From Synechococcus sp. A15-28 (GTDB taxonomy: Bacteria > Cyanobacteriota > Cyanobacteriia > PCC-6307 > Cyanobiaceae): 32,000 nucleotides of DNA. Below, one piece after another: positions 1 to 10,225 of the stretch. The first letter of the stretch is position 1. Each line of letters starts with the position of its first letter. The translations under genes and the position numbers were made by a program. Under the pieces are notes generated by a model. It did not search any database. It saw nothing but the letters and a program-made list of their open reading frames with translations, and was not told where the DNA came from. The stretch spans positions 1,500,001-1,532,000 of the forward strand of contig NZ_CP047931.1 in assembly GCF_014280175.1 (NCBI RefSeq), read 5' to 3'.

Positions 1-413
1 TCCGTAGGCTGCCAGCACTGGGAGATTCCGCCATCGAGCATCCCACTGAGCTTCTTGATCAACGCAGCCGAGCACGGGCCCTGCGCTCCATGCGCTGCCT
101 GCCCTTTTCGGCAGCGCTATACCGGGAGCTGCAGCGGCAGGGGCTGGATGCCGACACCATCTGGCAAGACAAGTCCCGCTTCGGTCGTGGCCCGACCTGG
201 CCACGGGATGGGGAACACCTTGAAGACGATCTGCGCTGGCTGATCACCGTGGGCGTGCTGCGGCGGGAAGTGGACGGCCAGGGGCTCACCAGTCGCTTTC
301 GACTCACACCCCTGGGACGGGATCTGCTGGAGGCCCGTCAGGCTGAGCTGCTGCAGCCACCGGGCTGGAACGATCGTCTACGGCAGGCGCTGCGGCGCCG
401 CTGGCCGTTTTGA
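1..413 (+). CDS. Conserved cyanobacterial hypothetical protein, 5'-truncated by the window edge
   Basis: The frame of ORF 90..413 stays open upstream to the window start (reads ...[49 protein letters not shown]). The stop TGA at 411-413 overlaps the cobQ start. Confidence 0.6.
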   Translation, partial: RRLPALGDSAIEHPTELLDQRSRARALRSMRCLPFSAALYRELQRQGLDADTIWQDKSRFGRGPTWPRDGEHLEDDLRWLITVGVLRREVDGQGLTSRFRLTPLGRDLLEARQAELLQPPGWNDRLRQALRRRWPF

Positions 414-1900
414 ACGTGCAGCGTCCACTGATGGTGCTGGGGACCTCCAGTGGTGCCGGCAAATCCCTGATGACCGCCGCCCTCTGCCGGGTGCTGCGCC
501 GCCACGGTGAACAACCCCTGCCGTTCAAAGGGCAGAACATGAGCAACAACGCCTGGGTGGATGCCGATGGCGGCGAGATGGCGTACTCCCAGGCGATGCA
601 GGCCTGGGCTGCCGGTCTGGAGCCCTGCTGTGCGATGAATCCGGTGCTGCTCAAGCCGCGGGGCGACAGCACCAGTGAGGTGATCCATGGCGGCCGCAGC
701 GTTGGCCTGGCCCGAGCAGAGCATTACTACCGCGACTGGTTCCGTCCCGGCTGGCAGGCGATCCGCAGCGGGTTGAGCGAGCTGCAGCAGCGGTGGCCCC
801 AAGGCCGGCTGGTGCTGGAGGGGGCCGGCAGTCCGGTGGAGGTGAATCTGCAGCGACGGGACCTCACCAACCTGCGACTGGCTCAGTACCTCCGCGCCAA
901 CTGCCTGCTGGTGGCGGACATCGAACGCGGCGGCGTCTTCGCCCAGATCGTCGGCACGCTGGCACTGTTGCGCCCGGTGGAACGGCACTTGATCAAAGGC
1001 ATCCTGATCAACCGTTTCCGCGGGCGACGGGAGCTGTTCGATGAAGGGCGCAGCTGGCTGGAACAACACACAGGCGTTCCGGTGCTTGGCGTCATGCCCT
1101 GGCTGAACGATCTGTTCCCACCGGAGGATTCCCTCGATCTGCTGGAGCGCAAACCGAGCCGAGGGCCCACCGATCTGGAGATCGCGGTGCTGAAGTTGCC
1201 GTCAATCAGCAACTTCTCCGATCTGGACCCATTGGAAGCAGAACCCAGCCTGCGGCTGCGCTGGGTACACCCTGGCGACAGCCTCGGAAGCCCTGATGCT
1301 GTGCTGCTGCCCGGAAGCAAACAGACCCTGCGGGACCTCGAGGCTCTGCGCAGCAGCGGACTGGACCGTCAACTGGTGGAATTCACCAGTCGTGGAGGCT
1401 CACTGCTGGCGATCTGCGGTGGCATGCAGCTGATCGGGCGCGCGTTGCACGACCCAGATCAACTGGAGGGAGGCGATGGGGTTGGGCCCTGGCCCGGGCT
1501 CGGGCTGTTGCCCCTCACCACGCGCTTCGGTGGAACAAAGGCCCTGCGGCAACGCGAGGTGCAAGCGCTCTGGCCGGAAACAACCCCGATCTCCGGCTTC
1601 GAACTGCACCACGGCAGCACCCAGGCCAGCGATGACCTGCTGCCGCTCTGCCATGAGCCGGGTCTCGGCTGGTGGAGCTCAACGCCATCTGGTGGGACCA
1701 TCATCGGCACTTATCTGCATGGTCTTCTCGACAACGGCCCCTGGCGGCGTCATTGGCTGAATCAACTGCGCAAACGCAAGGGGCTGACGGACCTGGCCAC
1801 CAACCTGCCGAACCATGGGGAGCACCGCCATCAACTGCTCGAACGCCTGGCCGATGCCTTCGAGCAACATGTGGACCTCTCACCCCTGTTGCAGTCGTGA
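410..1900 (+). CDS. cobQ: Cobyric acid synthase
   Basis: 496 aa. N-terminal [24 protein letters not shown]-loop, [11 protein letters not shown], and a glutamine amidotransferase domain with [12 protein letters not shown]. The start is TTG at 410 or GTG at 416. Confidence 0.93.
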   Translation: MNVQRPLMVLGTSSGAGKSLMTAALCRVLRRHGEQPLPFKGQNMSNNAWVDADGGEMAYSQAMQAWAAGLEPCCAMNPVLLKPRGDSTSEVIHGGRSVGLARAEHYYRDWFRPGWQAIRSGLSELQQRWPQGRLVLEGAGSPVEVNLQRRDLTNLRLAQYLRANCLLVADIERGGVFAQIVGTLALLRPVERHLIKGILINRFRGRRELFDEGRSWLEQHTGVPVLGVMPWLNDLFPPEDSLDLLERKPSRGPTDLEIAVLKLPSISNFSDLDPLEAEPSLRLRWVHPGDSLGSPDAVLLPGSKQTLRDLEALRSSGLDRQLVEFTSRGGSLLAICGGMQLIGRALHDPDQLEGGDGVGPWPGLGLLPLTTRFGGTKALRQREVQALWPETTPISGFELHHGSTQASDDLLPLCHEPGLGWWSSTPSGGTIIGTYLHGLLDNGPWRRHWLNQLRKRKGLTDLATNLPNHGEHRHQLLERLADAFEQHVDLSPLLQS

Positions 1901-2136
1901 GCAGCATCGCCGTGCGCTGGCCGGATGGCCACACCACACAGGAGACCGTTGGCAGCGACTGGTTGCAGGCTGCTGCCAAGGCGGGGGTTGCCATTCCCAC
2001 CGGATGCCTGGGGGGCAGCTGCGGCGCCTGTGAGATCGAGTTGAACGGCAAGGTGGTACGGGCCTGCATCAGCACGGTGCCACCTTCAAAATCTGGACAG
2101 TTATCGGTGGACTTCGCCACCGATCCCCACTGGTGA
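1897..2136 (+). CDS. 2Fe-2S ferredoxin-like protein
   Basis: In-frame GTG at 1897 gives [59 protein letters not shown]..., with a CxxxxCGxC plant-type [2Fe-2S] motif. It overlaps the cobQ stop. Confidence 0.85.
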   Translation: MSSIAVRWPDGHTTQETVGSDWLQAAAKAGVAIPTGCLGGSCGACEIELNGKVVRACISTVPPSKSGQLSVDFATDPHW

Positions 2137-3383
2137 CTCAGCTTCGTCTCAGCGCGCTGGCCCTGCTCACAGGAGCCATCAGTGGAGCAGGGGTCGCCCT
2201 GTTTATGGGGCTGATCGGCCTGATGACCCAAGCGCTCTGGGGGGATCCGGTGGTGGAAGGGCTGGACCGGCAGATTCCGTGGGTCTGGTCGCTGTCGATC
2301 TGCAGTGGCATCGGCGTGGTGCTCAGCCAGCTGCATCGCGCCGGTGAGCACACCTTGCTGCCGGAGCTGCCGGAGACGATCGCCGATCTGCGGGATCCAG
2401 ATCATGCACCACCTCGCAACAACGTCCAAGCCATCCTCGGTGCCGCACTGGCCCAGATCGGCGGCGGCAGCATCGGCCCAGAAGCCCTGATGACCCGCCT
2501 GGCCGCAGTGATCAGTCAACGGATCTGGCGGGGGCGAGACCACGACCTCAAGCTGGCCGCCACCGCCGGCAGTCTTGGCCTGTTCGGCTTTCCACTGCTG
2601 GGGGGGGCTGTCGTTCAGACCAGTCAGCGGCGTGATCTGATCGCACGCTGGACACCCGGCACCCTCGGGGGATTGGCAGGTTTCGCCGCCTTCCATGGCA
2701 TCGACCAGGCCAGTGGCGGCAGCCTGCAGCGCATGGCCTACAGCTGGCCCAGCAACCTCGGGGATGATCTCGGCACCCTCAGCTCAGGGGCCATGGCCGG
2801 TGTGGTGGGTTGGGGCCTCGGCTGGCTGCTGCTGCGCTGGCGGAGCTGGCTTGAACCGCGGCAGCTCCTGGCCCACTGGCGCTGGTGGCCGGCGCTAACG
2901 GGGCTGTTGCTGGGCATCACCATGCACTGGCTGCCCCTGGTGCCCTTCGCTGGAGAGGAGCAACTGCGTCCGCTGCTGGAGGGTGCAGGCAGCACAAATG
3001 CCTTCCTTCTGATCATCTCGGCGATCGTCAAGCTGCTGCTGCTGGGCCTCTGCCTGGAAACCGGCTGGCGCGGCGGCATCTTCTTCCCACTGTTCCTGGT
3101 CGCCTGCGCTGCGGGTGTCGGCCTGCACGAGCTATCGCCAAACCTGGGCAGCCTGGGGAGTTGGTGCGGTGGCATCACCGGCGCGATCTATCTCACAGTG
3201 CTGCGCTCACCCTTGGTGGCCTTGATCCTGGGCCTTGGTCTGTTGCAGGGCCATGGCGCCACAGCCGTGTTGGTGGGTGTGGCCGTGGCCTGGCTGATCA
3301 CGCATCGCTCTCCACCGGGTAATGCCCCTCCACCTGCCCGGCAAACACCCGACTCGCCCGGATGTCCGGAGCCTCAATGGTGA
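2133..3383 (+). CDS. ClC-family chloride channel/transporter
   Basis: 416 aa polytopic membrane protein with ClC-like segments such as [29 protein letters not shown] and [20 protein letters not shown]. Confidence 0.85.
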   Translation: MTQLRLSALALLTGAISGAGVALFMGLIGLMTQALWGDPVVEGLDRQIPWVWSLSICSGIGVVLSQLHRAGEHTLLPELPETIADLRDPDHAPPRNNVQAILGAALAQIGGGSIGPEALMTRLAAVISQRIWRGRDHDLKLAATAGSLGLFGFPLLGGAVVQTSQRRDLIARWTPGTLGGLAGFAAFHGIDQASGGSLQRMAYSWPSNLGDDLGTLSSGAMAGVVGWGLGWLLLRWRSWLEPRQLLAHWRWWPALTGLLLGITMHWLPLVPFAGEEQLRPLLEGAGSTNAFLLIISAIVKLLLLGLCLETGWRGGIFFPLFLVACAAGVGLHELSPNLGSLGSWCGGITGAIYLTVLRSPLVALILGLGLLQGHGATAVLVGVAVAWLITHRSPPGNAPPPARQTPDSPGCPEPQW

Positions 3384-4218
3384 TCAGATCATCCTTGGTG
3401 AGCGCTTCGGCCATGCGCGCAAAAAGGCGGTTGGCCTGCCGCAACCGGGCCCGATCGATGGCATTGCGGATGGAGCGGGCGTTGGCGAAAAAGGGCAGCT
3501 GGCGCCGCAGTGCGATGTACTCGGCAAAGGCCTGCTCGGCCTCCGCGCTGAAGCGGTACTGCTGCGCATCCAACAGCAACCCGGCGATCGCCATCAGGTC
3601 CGCATCGCTGTAATCCGGGAAATCCAGGTGATGGGGCACCCGGGAGGAGAGCCCCGGATTGGAGCTGTAGAAGCGATCCATCCGGTCCTTGTATCCCGCG
3701 AAGATCACCACCACATCGCCACGCCGGCTCTCCATTTCCTGCAGCAGGATCTCAATCGCCTCAGCGCCGTAGTCCCTTTCGTTGTCTGGCTTGTAGAGGT
3801 AGTAAGCCTCATCAATGAACAGCACACCCCCCTGAGCTCGCTTAAGCATCTCCTTGGTTTTGGGAGCGGTATGCCCGACGTACTGCCCCACCAGATCGTC
3901 GCGGCTGGCCGTCACCACATGGCCTTTGCGGAGGTATCCGAGGCGATGCAGGATCTGCGACATCCGCTGCGCCACCGTGGTCTTTCCCGTGCCGGGATTG
4001 CCCGTGAACGACATGTGAAGGCTTGGGGCTGTGCTGGGAAGTTCCAGCTGCTGTCGCGCCTGGTCCACCAGCAACAAGGCGGCAATCTCACGGATCCGCG
4101 TCTTCACCGCCACAAGGCCGATTAGCTCCTGATCCAGCTGCTCCAGCACCTGAGCCACGCCGGATTCGGCGTAATTCGCCGCCAGATCAACCGAGGAGGG
4201 CATCGATCTGGGCGGCAA
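3298..4218 (-). CDS. cbbX: AAA+ red-type RuBisCO activase CbbX
   Basis: 306 aa. Walker A GNPGTGKT, Walker [14 protein letters not shown], CbbX-like [19 protein letters not shown] and [14 protein letters not shown]. It lies in the carboxysome/RuBisCO cluster. Confidence 0.95.
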   Translation of the reverse strand: MPPRSMPSSVDLAANYAESGVAQVLEQLDQELIGLVAVKTRIREIAALLLVDQARQQLELPSTAPSLHMSFTGNPGTGKTTVAQRMSQILHRLGYLRKGHVVTASRDDLVGQYVGHTAPKTKEMLKRAQGGVLFIDEAYYLYKPDNERDYGAEAIEILLQEMESRRGDVVVIFAGYKDRMDRFYSSNPGLSSRVPHHLDFPDYSDADLMAIAGLLLDAQQYRFSAEAEQAFAEYIALRRQLPFFANARSIRNAIDRARLRQANRLFARMAEALTKDDLITIEAPDIRASRVFAGQVEGHYPVESDA

Positions 4219-4447
4219 AAGCGTGGTCGGCTTCGCTCAGCTGCGCCTCATCGCCATCGGCCTCGGGCCGGAGCGTGATGTTCACATAGGTGCTCCCGAA
4301 GCTAATGTCCGGAAAACGCTGGGTGGCCTCGCTGTGCTCGCCCAGTTTGTCGAGGAAATCCCTGGTGGAGCTGTAGCCATCGAACTCGAAGCGTCGCTCC
4401 AGACAGACCGGACGCTTGCGTTCCTGCCACTGATCCATCGTTGTCAT
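4187..4447 (-). CDS. Pterin-4a-carbinolamine dehydratase-like alpha-carboxysome RuBisCO assembly factor (acRAF)
   Basis: 86 aa PCD-like protein ([26 protein letters not shown]...[17 protein letters not shown]) in its usual carboxysome-associated position. It overlaps the cbbX start. Confidence 0.85.
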   Translation of the reverse strand: MTTMDQWQERKRPVCLERRFEFDGYSSTRDFLDKLGEHSEATQRFPDISFGSTYVNITLRPEADGDEAQLSEADHAFAAQIDALLG

Positions 4448-4463
4448 TGGTCCTGTTGAAAAC

Positions 4464-5606
4464 CTAGAGGAGCGCCACCCGCTGGCAGCCCATCAGCCGC
4501 GCCGACCACGTCTCGGCGTAGGCACGGTTGGCCGCCTGCTGATCTGGATCGTCGGTGTCCAAGGGATGGAGCATGGTGCCGGCGATGGCGCCATTGGTCA
4601 CGCAGAACATCGACTTCTGGAAGCTGACGCAGATCTGAACGTGCACGTCGGTCTGCCCCCGGCCGTTGTCGTCGTACCAGCGGCTGAGTTCATCGGGCAG
4701 ATGGCGGTACATGTCCTGCATGCACAGGCTCGGAGGAATGCCCGCCCCCATGCTGGGAATCGGATCGGCGTAAAGGGCGCCGTACTTGAAATCACTGATG
4801 TCCGGTGAGATCTGACGGGCCTGGGCGTTGTAGGACACCGTTCCCAGGAACGGCATGCCGCGGAAGAACACGGCTTCCACGTAAGGCACGGCCACATCCA
4901 CCAGAAAGGTGAGACCGGCCTCGGGAGGCAACACCCAGATCTCCTCACCACCCACGGTCACCTTGTAAGTAATCGGGTTGCCGGCCGCAGCCACCAATCC
5001 GTCGCGGATGTGATGCACCACATCGCGAACGCAGGTGATCTCCTTGATCGCATAGCGACGGGCCATGTCGACGAACAGATCACTCATCACCCGCCAGAAG
5101 AGACCGAGGCAATAGATCGTGGTGAGCGATCGGATCGATTCAGGAGCAAATCCTGGATAAAGGCGATTGGTGAGCGCCAGCAACGGATCCCGCGAAGCCT
5201 TGCGTTGAATGATCCGCTGGCAGGTTTCAGCGAATTCAGGCGTGTCGAGGTAAGCATCCAAACCTCCGGTGCCGTGCCAGAACATCGCCTTCTGGCAGTA
5301 CTCGGCGTACTCAAAGTTGATGCGGTCCCCCAGCAGGTGCTTCCACAGCCGCTTCAGATTGAAGCCCTCATGAAAGAAGCGGAACACCGGGAAGGGATTG
5401 AGCAATTGCGTCTCCCCCTGATCCACCAGGTTTTTGCTGTAGGCATCCAGGACGATGCCGTAACTCTCCAGCACATTCACCACCTGGAGCAGATGGTCCG
5501 GCGTGTCCTTGAGCAGCGGCGTGTCGCTCAGCAGCCGACGGATCAGTTCCTCCTGATCCGGCAGCAACGGAGGTGCCGCTGGGGTGGGCTTGAGGGTGGT
5601 GGTCAT
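4464..5606 (-). CDS. chpX: CO2 hydration protein (ChpX/CupB family)
   Basis: 380 aa. MTTTLKPTPAAPPLLPDQEELIRRLLSDTPLLKDTP..., with ATGA start/stop overlap with an NdhD4-type subunit. This is the NDH-1 CO2-uptake gene arrangement. Confidence 0.88.
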   Translation of the reverse strand: MTTTLKPTPAAPPLLPDQEELIRRLLSDTPLLKDTPDHLLQVVNVLESYGIVLDAYSKNLVDQGETQLLNPFPVFRFFHEGFNLKRLWKHLLGDRINFEYAEYCQKAMFWHGTGGLDAYLDTPEFAETCQRIIQRKASRDPLLALTNRLYPGFAPESIRSLTTIYCLGLFWRVMSDLFVDMARRYAIKEITCVRDVVHHIRDGLVAAAGNPITYKVTVGGEEIWVLPPEAGLTFLVDVAVPYVEAVFFRGMPFLGTVSYNAQARQISPDISDFKYGALYADPIPSMGAGIPPSLCMQDMYRHLPDELSRWYDDNGRGQTDVHVQICVSFQKSMFCVTNGAIAGTMLHPLDTDDPDQQAANRAYAETWSARLMGCQRVALL

Positions 5607-7093
5607 GAAAGTCCTCCGCTGATCTGACTCAGCCCCGTGGTGGCTGCTTCACTGAGGTTCGACAGCAGTTCCGGCGCCAGGCCAAGGGCGAGAACACCAA
5701 GGCTGAGAGCAATGGCAGGCACCTGTTCCCGCAAGGCAACACGGTCGAGAATACGGGGATTCACCACCTCGCCGGGGGCGATGGCGAGACGACCGAAGAA
5801 CGCGCGGTTCACCAGCAACAGGAAATACACCGCCGTGAGACCAGAGCCCACCATCGACAGCAATGTGGCGATCGGGAAAGGCTGGAGGCTTCCGCGGAAG
5901 ATCAGAAATTCGGAGATGAAGCCCGCCATGCCAGGAATACCGGCGCTGGCCATCACACCGATGATCATCAGAGAGCCGGTCAGCGGTAGTCCGCGCTGCG
6001 GGTTCAACAGACCGCGCAACACGTTGAGATCGCGGGTGCCGGTGCGGGCGTAGACCACTCCAACCAGCAGAAAGAGCACTCCGGAGATCAAGCCATGGCT
6101 GACCATCTGGAAGAGGGCACCCATCAAGCCCAGCGGTGTGGCGGCGGCCGCCGCTAGCAGCACGTAGCCCATGTGGCCAACTGAGCTGTAGGCCACCATC
6201 CGCTTCATGTCGGTTTGCGCAATGGCGGCCAGGGTGCCGTAAAGCACCGAGATCGCGGCCCAGGCCGCCAGCCAGGGGGAGGCCAGCTGCCAGGCCTCCG
6301 GGAACAGTCCGAGGCAGAACCGCAGCAGGCCGTAGGTCCCCAGCTTGAGCAACACCCCGGCCAGCAGCACCGACACCGGCGTCGAGGCCTCGGTGTGGGC
6401 ATCCGGAAGCCAGGTGTGGAAGGGGAAAAGGGGAATCTTGATGCCGAAACCGATCAGCAGTGCACCCATCAGCACCAGCTGCGCCGTCATTCCGAGCTCA
6501 CCGGCCAGGATCGGCTGCAGGCTGAAATCCATCGTGCCGCTGACGAACGCCAGCCCCAGGAAGGCCGCCAGGATCAGCACACCGGACACCGCCGTGACGA
6601 TCAGAAACTTGGTGGCGGCATAGGCCCGATTGGCACCACCCCAGACAGCGATCAACAACCACAGCGGAATCAGTTCCAGCTCGTAGAACAGGAAAAACAG
6701 CAGCAGGTTCTGAGACAGGAAGGCACCGTTCACCGCACCGCTGATCACCAGCAGCAAGGCGAAGTAGATGCGGGGGCGATTCTCAATCGAACGCGAGGCG
6801 ATGGCGGCCACCAGGCAGAGCACCCCGTTCATCAGCACCAGGGGCAGGGACAATCCATCCACCGCCAGGGCGTAATCCAGACCGATCGCATGGACCCAGC
6901 GGGCCTGCTCAATCAGCTGAAGTCCGGCGTCCGTGGGGTCGAAGGGCAACAGCAGGGCAAAGCTGGCCACGCATTGAACGGCCAGCAACACGATCGACAC
7001 CTCGCGCAACCGATTGCTGGTGGGTGATCCCGGCCAGAGGATCAAGGCCAGTGCCCCCAGCAGGGGAATCAAGAGCAGCAGGGAAAGCAACAT
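5603..7093 (-). CDS. ndhD4: NAD(P)H-quinone oxidoreductase subunit 4 (NdhD4-type, CO2-uptake NDH-1)
   Basis: 496 aa proton-pumping subunit: LLFFLFYELELIPLWLLIAVWGG, FLIVTAVSG, PLFPFHTWLPDAHTEAST, MVAYSSVGHMGYVLL. The D4 assignment rests on context with ndhF4 and chpX. Confidence 0.9.
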   Translation of the reverse strand: MLLSLLLLIPLLGALALILWPGSPTSNRLREVSIVLLAVQCVASFALLLPFDPTDAGLQLIEQARWVHAIGLDYALAVDGLSLPLVLMNGVLCLVAAIASRSIENRPRIYFALLLVISGAVNGAFLSQNLLLFFLFYELELIPLWLLIAVWGGANRAYAATKFLIVTAVSGVLILAAFLGLAFVSGTMDFSLQPILAGELGMTAQLVLMGALLIGFGIKIPLFPFHTWLPDAHTEASTPVSVLLAGVLLKLGTYGLLRFCLGLFPEAWQLASPWLAAWAAISVLYGTLAAIAQTDMKRMVAYSSVGHMGYVLLAAAAATPLGLMGALFQMVSHGLISGVLFLLVGVVYARTGTRDLNVLRGLLNPQRGLPLTGSLMIIGVMASAGIPGMAGFISEFLIFRGSLQPFPIATLLSMVGSGLTAVYFLLLVNRAFFGRLAIAPGEVVNPRILDRVALREQVPAIALSLGVLALGLAPELLSNLSEAATTGLSQISGGLS

Positions 7094-7103
7094 CTCAGGG
7101 CGA

Positions 7104-8948
7104 TCAGGTAAGGAACCAGCTCACCGTGGTGAGAAAGAGAACAATGGCCACCAGCACTGTGAGCACATAGGACTGGCTCTGGCCGCTGACACTCAGCTTC
7201 AAGCCCTCGGCGCTCTGCAGCGACAATCGGGCCACACCATTGAGCAAGCCGTCAACGACGGTGCGGTCAAACCACGAGGCCAGGCGCGATACACGGGCCA
7301 CCACATTGACGATGGTGACTCGGTAGAAATTCTCTGTGTAGAAGTCGTAGGCCAGCAGGTCCTGGAACCAGCGCAGCCAAGGGTTGAGCGAACGGGACCA
7401 GGCCTTGCTCAACGGCAGCAGGGCACCAGCGATCAGCCCGATCAGACCGCTGCCCACCACAAGACCTGCAGCCCAGAGCGGAAACGCCAGAAGACCGTCG
7501 AGGGATTCGAGGCGGACCAGCAGGAATGGCGTCAGCAGCACCACCACAGAGAGGGCCACCATCGGCAACGCCATCTGCCAGTTCACCTCAGCCGACCGGC
7601 GCGACTTGATCAGCGGATTGCCCAGGAACACATGACGGAACACCCGAACCAAACCGAGGGCCGTGAGAGCGTTGGTCAACAGAAAGATCCCCATGAAGGG
7701 GATCGAGCGAACGCTGAGCAACTCGATCGACTGAGCCAGGGCAAGAAATCCACCTAAAGGGAGGAACCCCACCAGACCGGCACCACCCACGATGAACGCC
7801 GTGGTGGTGGCGGGCATCCGGCTGCCCAGACCACCCAGCTCTGTGATGTCCTGGCAGTTGGTGGACGCGATAACGCCACCGATGCTCATCGACAGCAATG
7901 CCTTTGAGACGGCATGGGAGAACAGCAGCAGCAGGGCCAGAACCGGAATCTGCAGGGCGATGGCGATGAACACCAGACCCAGATGGGCCGTGGTCGTGTA
8001 CGACTGGGTGCGCTTGATGTCCACCTGTGCGATGGCCACCAGCGATCCACCGATGGCGCTGATGCTGCCGATCACCAGCAACACACCTTCGGCAATGGGT
8101 GAGAGCTGAAGGATCGGCATCACCTTGAGCAGAACGATCGCCCCGCAGGTGACGACAACGGAGTTCCGCAGGATGGAGGCAGGGTTGGGACCCTCCATCG
8201 CCTCATCCAGCCAGAGATGCATCGGGAACTGGGCGCACTTACCCGTGGGTCCAGCGATCAGACCGAGCCCCAGCAACGTCGCGGCCAGGGGAGAGAGCGC
8301 ATCCTGCGCCGCCCAGGCGTAGAGATCGTTGAACCCCATCGCGCCGGAATAACTGCAGAGGGCCACTACACCCATCAGCAGCAGCACGTCACCGACGCGC
8401 TTGGTGAGGAAGGCATCCCTGGCCGCCGTCACCACAAGGGGCTGGGCGTACCAGAAGCCCACCAACAAATAGGTGGAGAGGGTGAGCATCTCCAGGAGGA
8501 AATAGCTCTGGAACAGGGAATCACTCAGCACCACTCCGCTCATCGCTCCCTCAAAAAAGCCGAGCAGGGCAAAGAAGCGGGCCAGGGCCCACTCCTTGTC
8601 CATGTAGCCGAGGGAATAAACCTGAGAAAACAGACTGAGGCCCGTGATCAGTTCCAGGGCCACCAGGTTGGTGAGGGAAAGGCTGAAACTGATGTCCAGC
8701 TGCAGATCAGCAACGGTGAGCCAGGGGAAGGCCAGGTCCACCGGACCGGACTGATACACATGCTGGAGGATGAGGCTGCCGTGGCCGAAAGCCAGCAAGG
8801 TCAGAAGAATGTTGAGATAGGCCGCCGGGCGATGGGCATCCCTGCGGAAGAATCCTGATGCCCAGGGCAGCGACACCAGCATGCCGGCGAATCCATAAAG
8901 AGGAATCAACCAGGCGGTCTGGATGGGAAGCGAGAGCTCCTGGGTCAA
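7104..8948 (-). CDS. ndhF4: NAD(P)H-quinone oxidoreductase subunit 5 (NdhF4-type, CO2-uptake NDH-1)
   Basis: 614 aa. Quinone oxidoreductase motifs KRVGDVLLLMG, FPMHLWLDEAMEGPNPASILRNSVVV, IKRTQSYTTTAHLG. Apparent TTG start. Confidence 0.9.
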   Translation of the reverse strand: MTQELSLPIQTAWLIPLYGFAGMLVSLPWASGFFRRDAHRPAAYLNILLTLLAFGHGSLILQHVYQSGPVDLAFPWLTVADLQLDISFSLSLTNLVALELITGLSLFSQVYSLGYMDKEWALARFFALLGFFEGAMSGVVLSDSLFQSYFLLEMLTLSTYLLVGFWYAQPLVVTAARDAFLTKRVGDVLLLMGVVALCSYSGAMGFNDLYAWAAQDALSPLAATLLGLGLIAGPTGKCAQFPMHLWLDEAMEGPNPASILRNSVVVTCGAIVLLKVMPILQLSPIAEGVLLVIGSISAIGGSLVAIAQVDIKRTQSYTTTAHLGLVFIAIALQIPVLALLLLFSHAVSKALLSMSIGGVIASTNCQDITELGGLGSRMPATTTAFIVGGAGLVGFLPLGGFLALAQSIELLSVRSIPFMGIFLLTNALTALGLVRVFRHVFLGNPLIKSRRSAEVNWQMALPMVALSVVVLLTPFLLVRLESLDGLLAFPLWAAGLVVGSGLIGLIAGALLPLSKAWSRSLNPWLRWFQDLLAYDFYTENFYRVTIVNVVARVSRLASWFDRTVVDGLLNGVARLSLQSAEGLKLSVSGQSQSYVLTVLVAIVLFLTTVSWFLT

Positions 8949-9059
8949 AACGGCGAGCGGGATCGGGATCGGGCTGGTCGTTGATTGGCCGGCGAATCTA
9001 GGTAGGGCACCTGGTTCTGAGCGCTCTTTGTGAACGGCTGTAGTACTGGAGCTGTGATA

Positions 9060-9599
9060 TCAGAGCCGACGTGTCGCACCGCTGACGATCAGGGCAGGTT
9101 CCACCTCCTGATGGGGACGGGCAATGATGTGAGCGGCAACAAGACCGTCACCAACGCGCTCACAGGCATCGGCGCCAGCACGCACCGCTGCGTTGACCGC
9201 ACCGGTTTCACCCCGAACCATCACGGTGACGTAACCACCACCGACATATTCGCGGCAGATCAGGCTGACCTCAGCAGCCTTGGTCATGGCATCAGCCGCT
9301 TCGATCGCGGGCACCATGCCGCGGGTCTCGATCATGCCAAGGGCGATGCCCTGAACCGGGCTGGAGGCTGAGCCTGGGTTGACCACAGGCTTGGCGACGC
9401 TGCCGCCACCACCAGATCTGGTCGCTGCACTCCTGCCGGTGGTGCTGGCGCTGCGACGGGTTGTGGTGGGTGCAGGGGTCGGGGCCGGAGTCGCGGCGGA
9501 AGCAGAAGGGGTGGCCACGGGCTTCACATCAACGGTCTTGTTCGCAGCGGCACTGCTGCGGGTGGTGCGACGACGGGGTGTGGGGGTCGGGGTGGCCAT
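9060..9599 (-). CDS. csoS1E: CsoS1E-like carboxysome shell protein: BMC domain with a low-complexity N-terminal extension
   Basis: 179 aa. N-terminal T/P/A/R/S-rich segment of about 80 residues, followed by GIALGMIETRGMVPAIEAADAMTKAAEVSLICREYVGGGYVTVMVRGETGAVNAAVRAGADACERVGDGLVAAHIIARPH. Confidence 0.88.
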   Translation of the reverse strand: MATPTPTPRRRTTRSSAAANKTVDVKPVATPSASAATPAPTPAPTTTRRSASTTGRSAATRSGGGGSVAKPVVNPGSASSPVQGIALGMIETRGMVPAIEAADAMTKAAEVSLICREYVGGGYVTVMVRGETGAVNAAVRAGADACERVGDGLVAAHIIARPHQEVEPALIVSGATRRL

Positions 9600-9651
9600 G
9601 GGAAAAGAGAAGTGGAAGCGGAACGGAAACGGCGGAGGGAGGGAAGGCTCC

Positions 9652-9903
9652 CTATCCGTCCGGATTCCAGTGATCGATGATCCCGCCGATGGTCAGATCG
9701 GTGAGGACCTTGTTGTCCGGGCAGGCATGCCGTGCGGCGGAGCCGCTGGCGGTGAACACCCAGTTGCCCTCACGGGCACCCACGGGGTCCACGGCCACCA
9801 GCTTCTTGCCCTTGGCGTTGCGGAGGATGCGCAGGTGCATGTGATCCAGCCCCGCGACGCGGAAGCTGCACACCAGGGTGCCCATCACCTGCATGATCTC
9901 CAT
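9652..9903 (-). CDS. csoS4B: Carboxysome shell vertex protein CsoS4B (BMC-P pentamer)
   Basis: 83 aa. MEIMQVMGTLVCSFRVAGLDHMHLRILRNAKGKKLVAVDPVGAREGNWVFTASGSAAR...TDLTIGGIIDHWNPDG. ATGA overlap with csoS4A. Confidence 0.92.
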   Translation of the reverse strand: MEIMQVMGTLVCSFRVAGLDHMHLRILRNAKGKKLVAVDPVGAREGNWVFTASGSAARHACPDNKVLTDLTIGGIIDHWNPDG

Positions 9904-10223
9904 CAGGCGCTCGCTCCTCCGGTGGGATTTGCCGTTGGAGCAGGGGTTGGAGCCGGCGCTGGAGCCGGTGTTTTCGGTGGGTCCGGTTCCCAGTGGTCGA
10001 TGATCCCCACGATGGTGAGGTCGCTGGGGTACGACTTGCTTCCGGCCGCTTCGCGGGCGGCGGAACTGCTGACGCAGATCACCCAGTCGCCGGGCTTGGC
10101 ACCCACGGCATCGACAGCCACCTTCTTGGCGCTGCCGTCCTGCACCACCTGAAGATGCTTGTGCTCGAAATCCGGAATGCGGTTGGTGGAGACGAGCGGC
10201 TTGATGACCTTGACGATGAGCAT
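9903..10223 (-). CDS. csoS4A: Carboxysome shell vertex protein CsoS4A (BMC-P pentamer) with a Pro/Ala-rich C-terminal tail
   Basis: The ATG at 10223-10221 gives MLIVKVIKPLVSTNRIPDFEHKHLQVVQDGSAKKVAVDAVGAKPGDWVICVSSSAAREAAG...IVGIIDHWEPD. The longer tracked ORF from 10382 overlaps csoSCA and is not supported. Confidence 0.92.
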   Translation of the reverse strand: MLIVKVIKPLVSTNRIPDFEHKHLQVVQDGSAKKVAVDAVGAKPGDWVICVSSSAAREAAGSKSYPSDLTIVGIIDHWEPDPPKTPAPAPAPTPAPTANPTGGASA

Positions 10224-10225
10224 GA

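Noticed and set aside
338-1069. 243-aa minus-strand ORF opposite cobQ
   Set aside because: A shadow ORF in high-GC DNA. The plus-strand frame is clear CobQ, and this translation has no family features.
9600-9651. G-rich run GGAGGGAGGGAAGG between csoS1E and csoS4B as a G-quadruplex
   Set aside because: Only two tracts reach three Gs, the run is on the non-coding strand side, and it is short. Too weak to claim.
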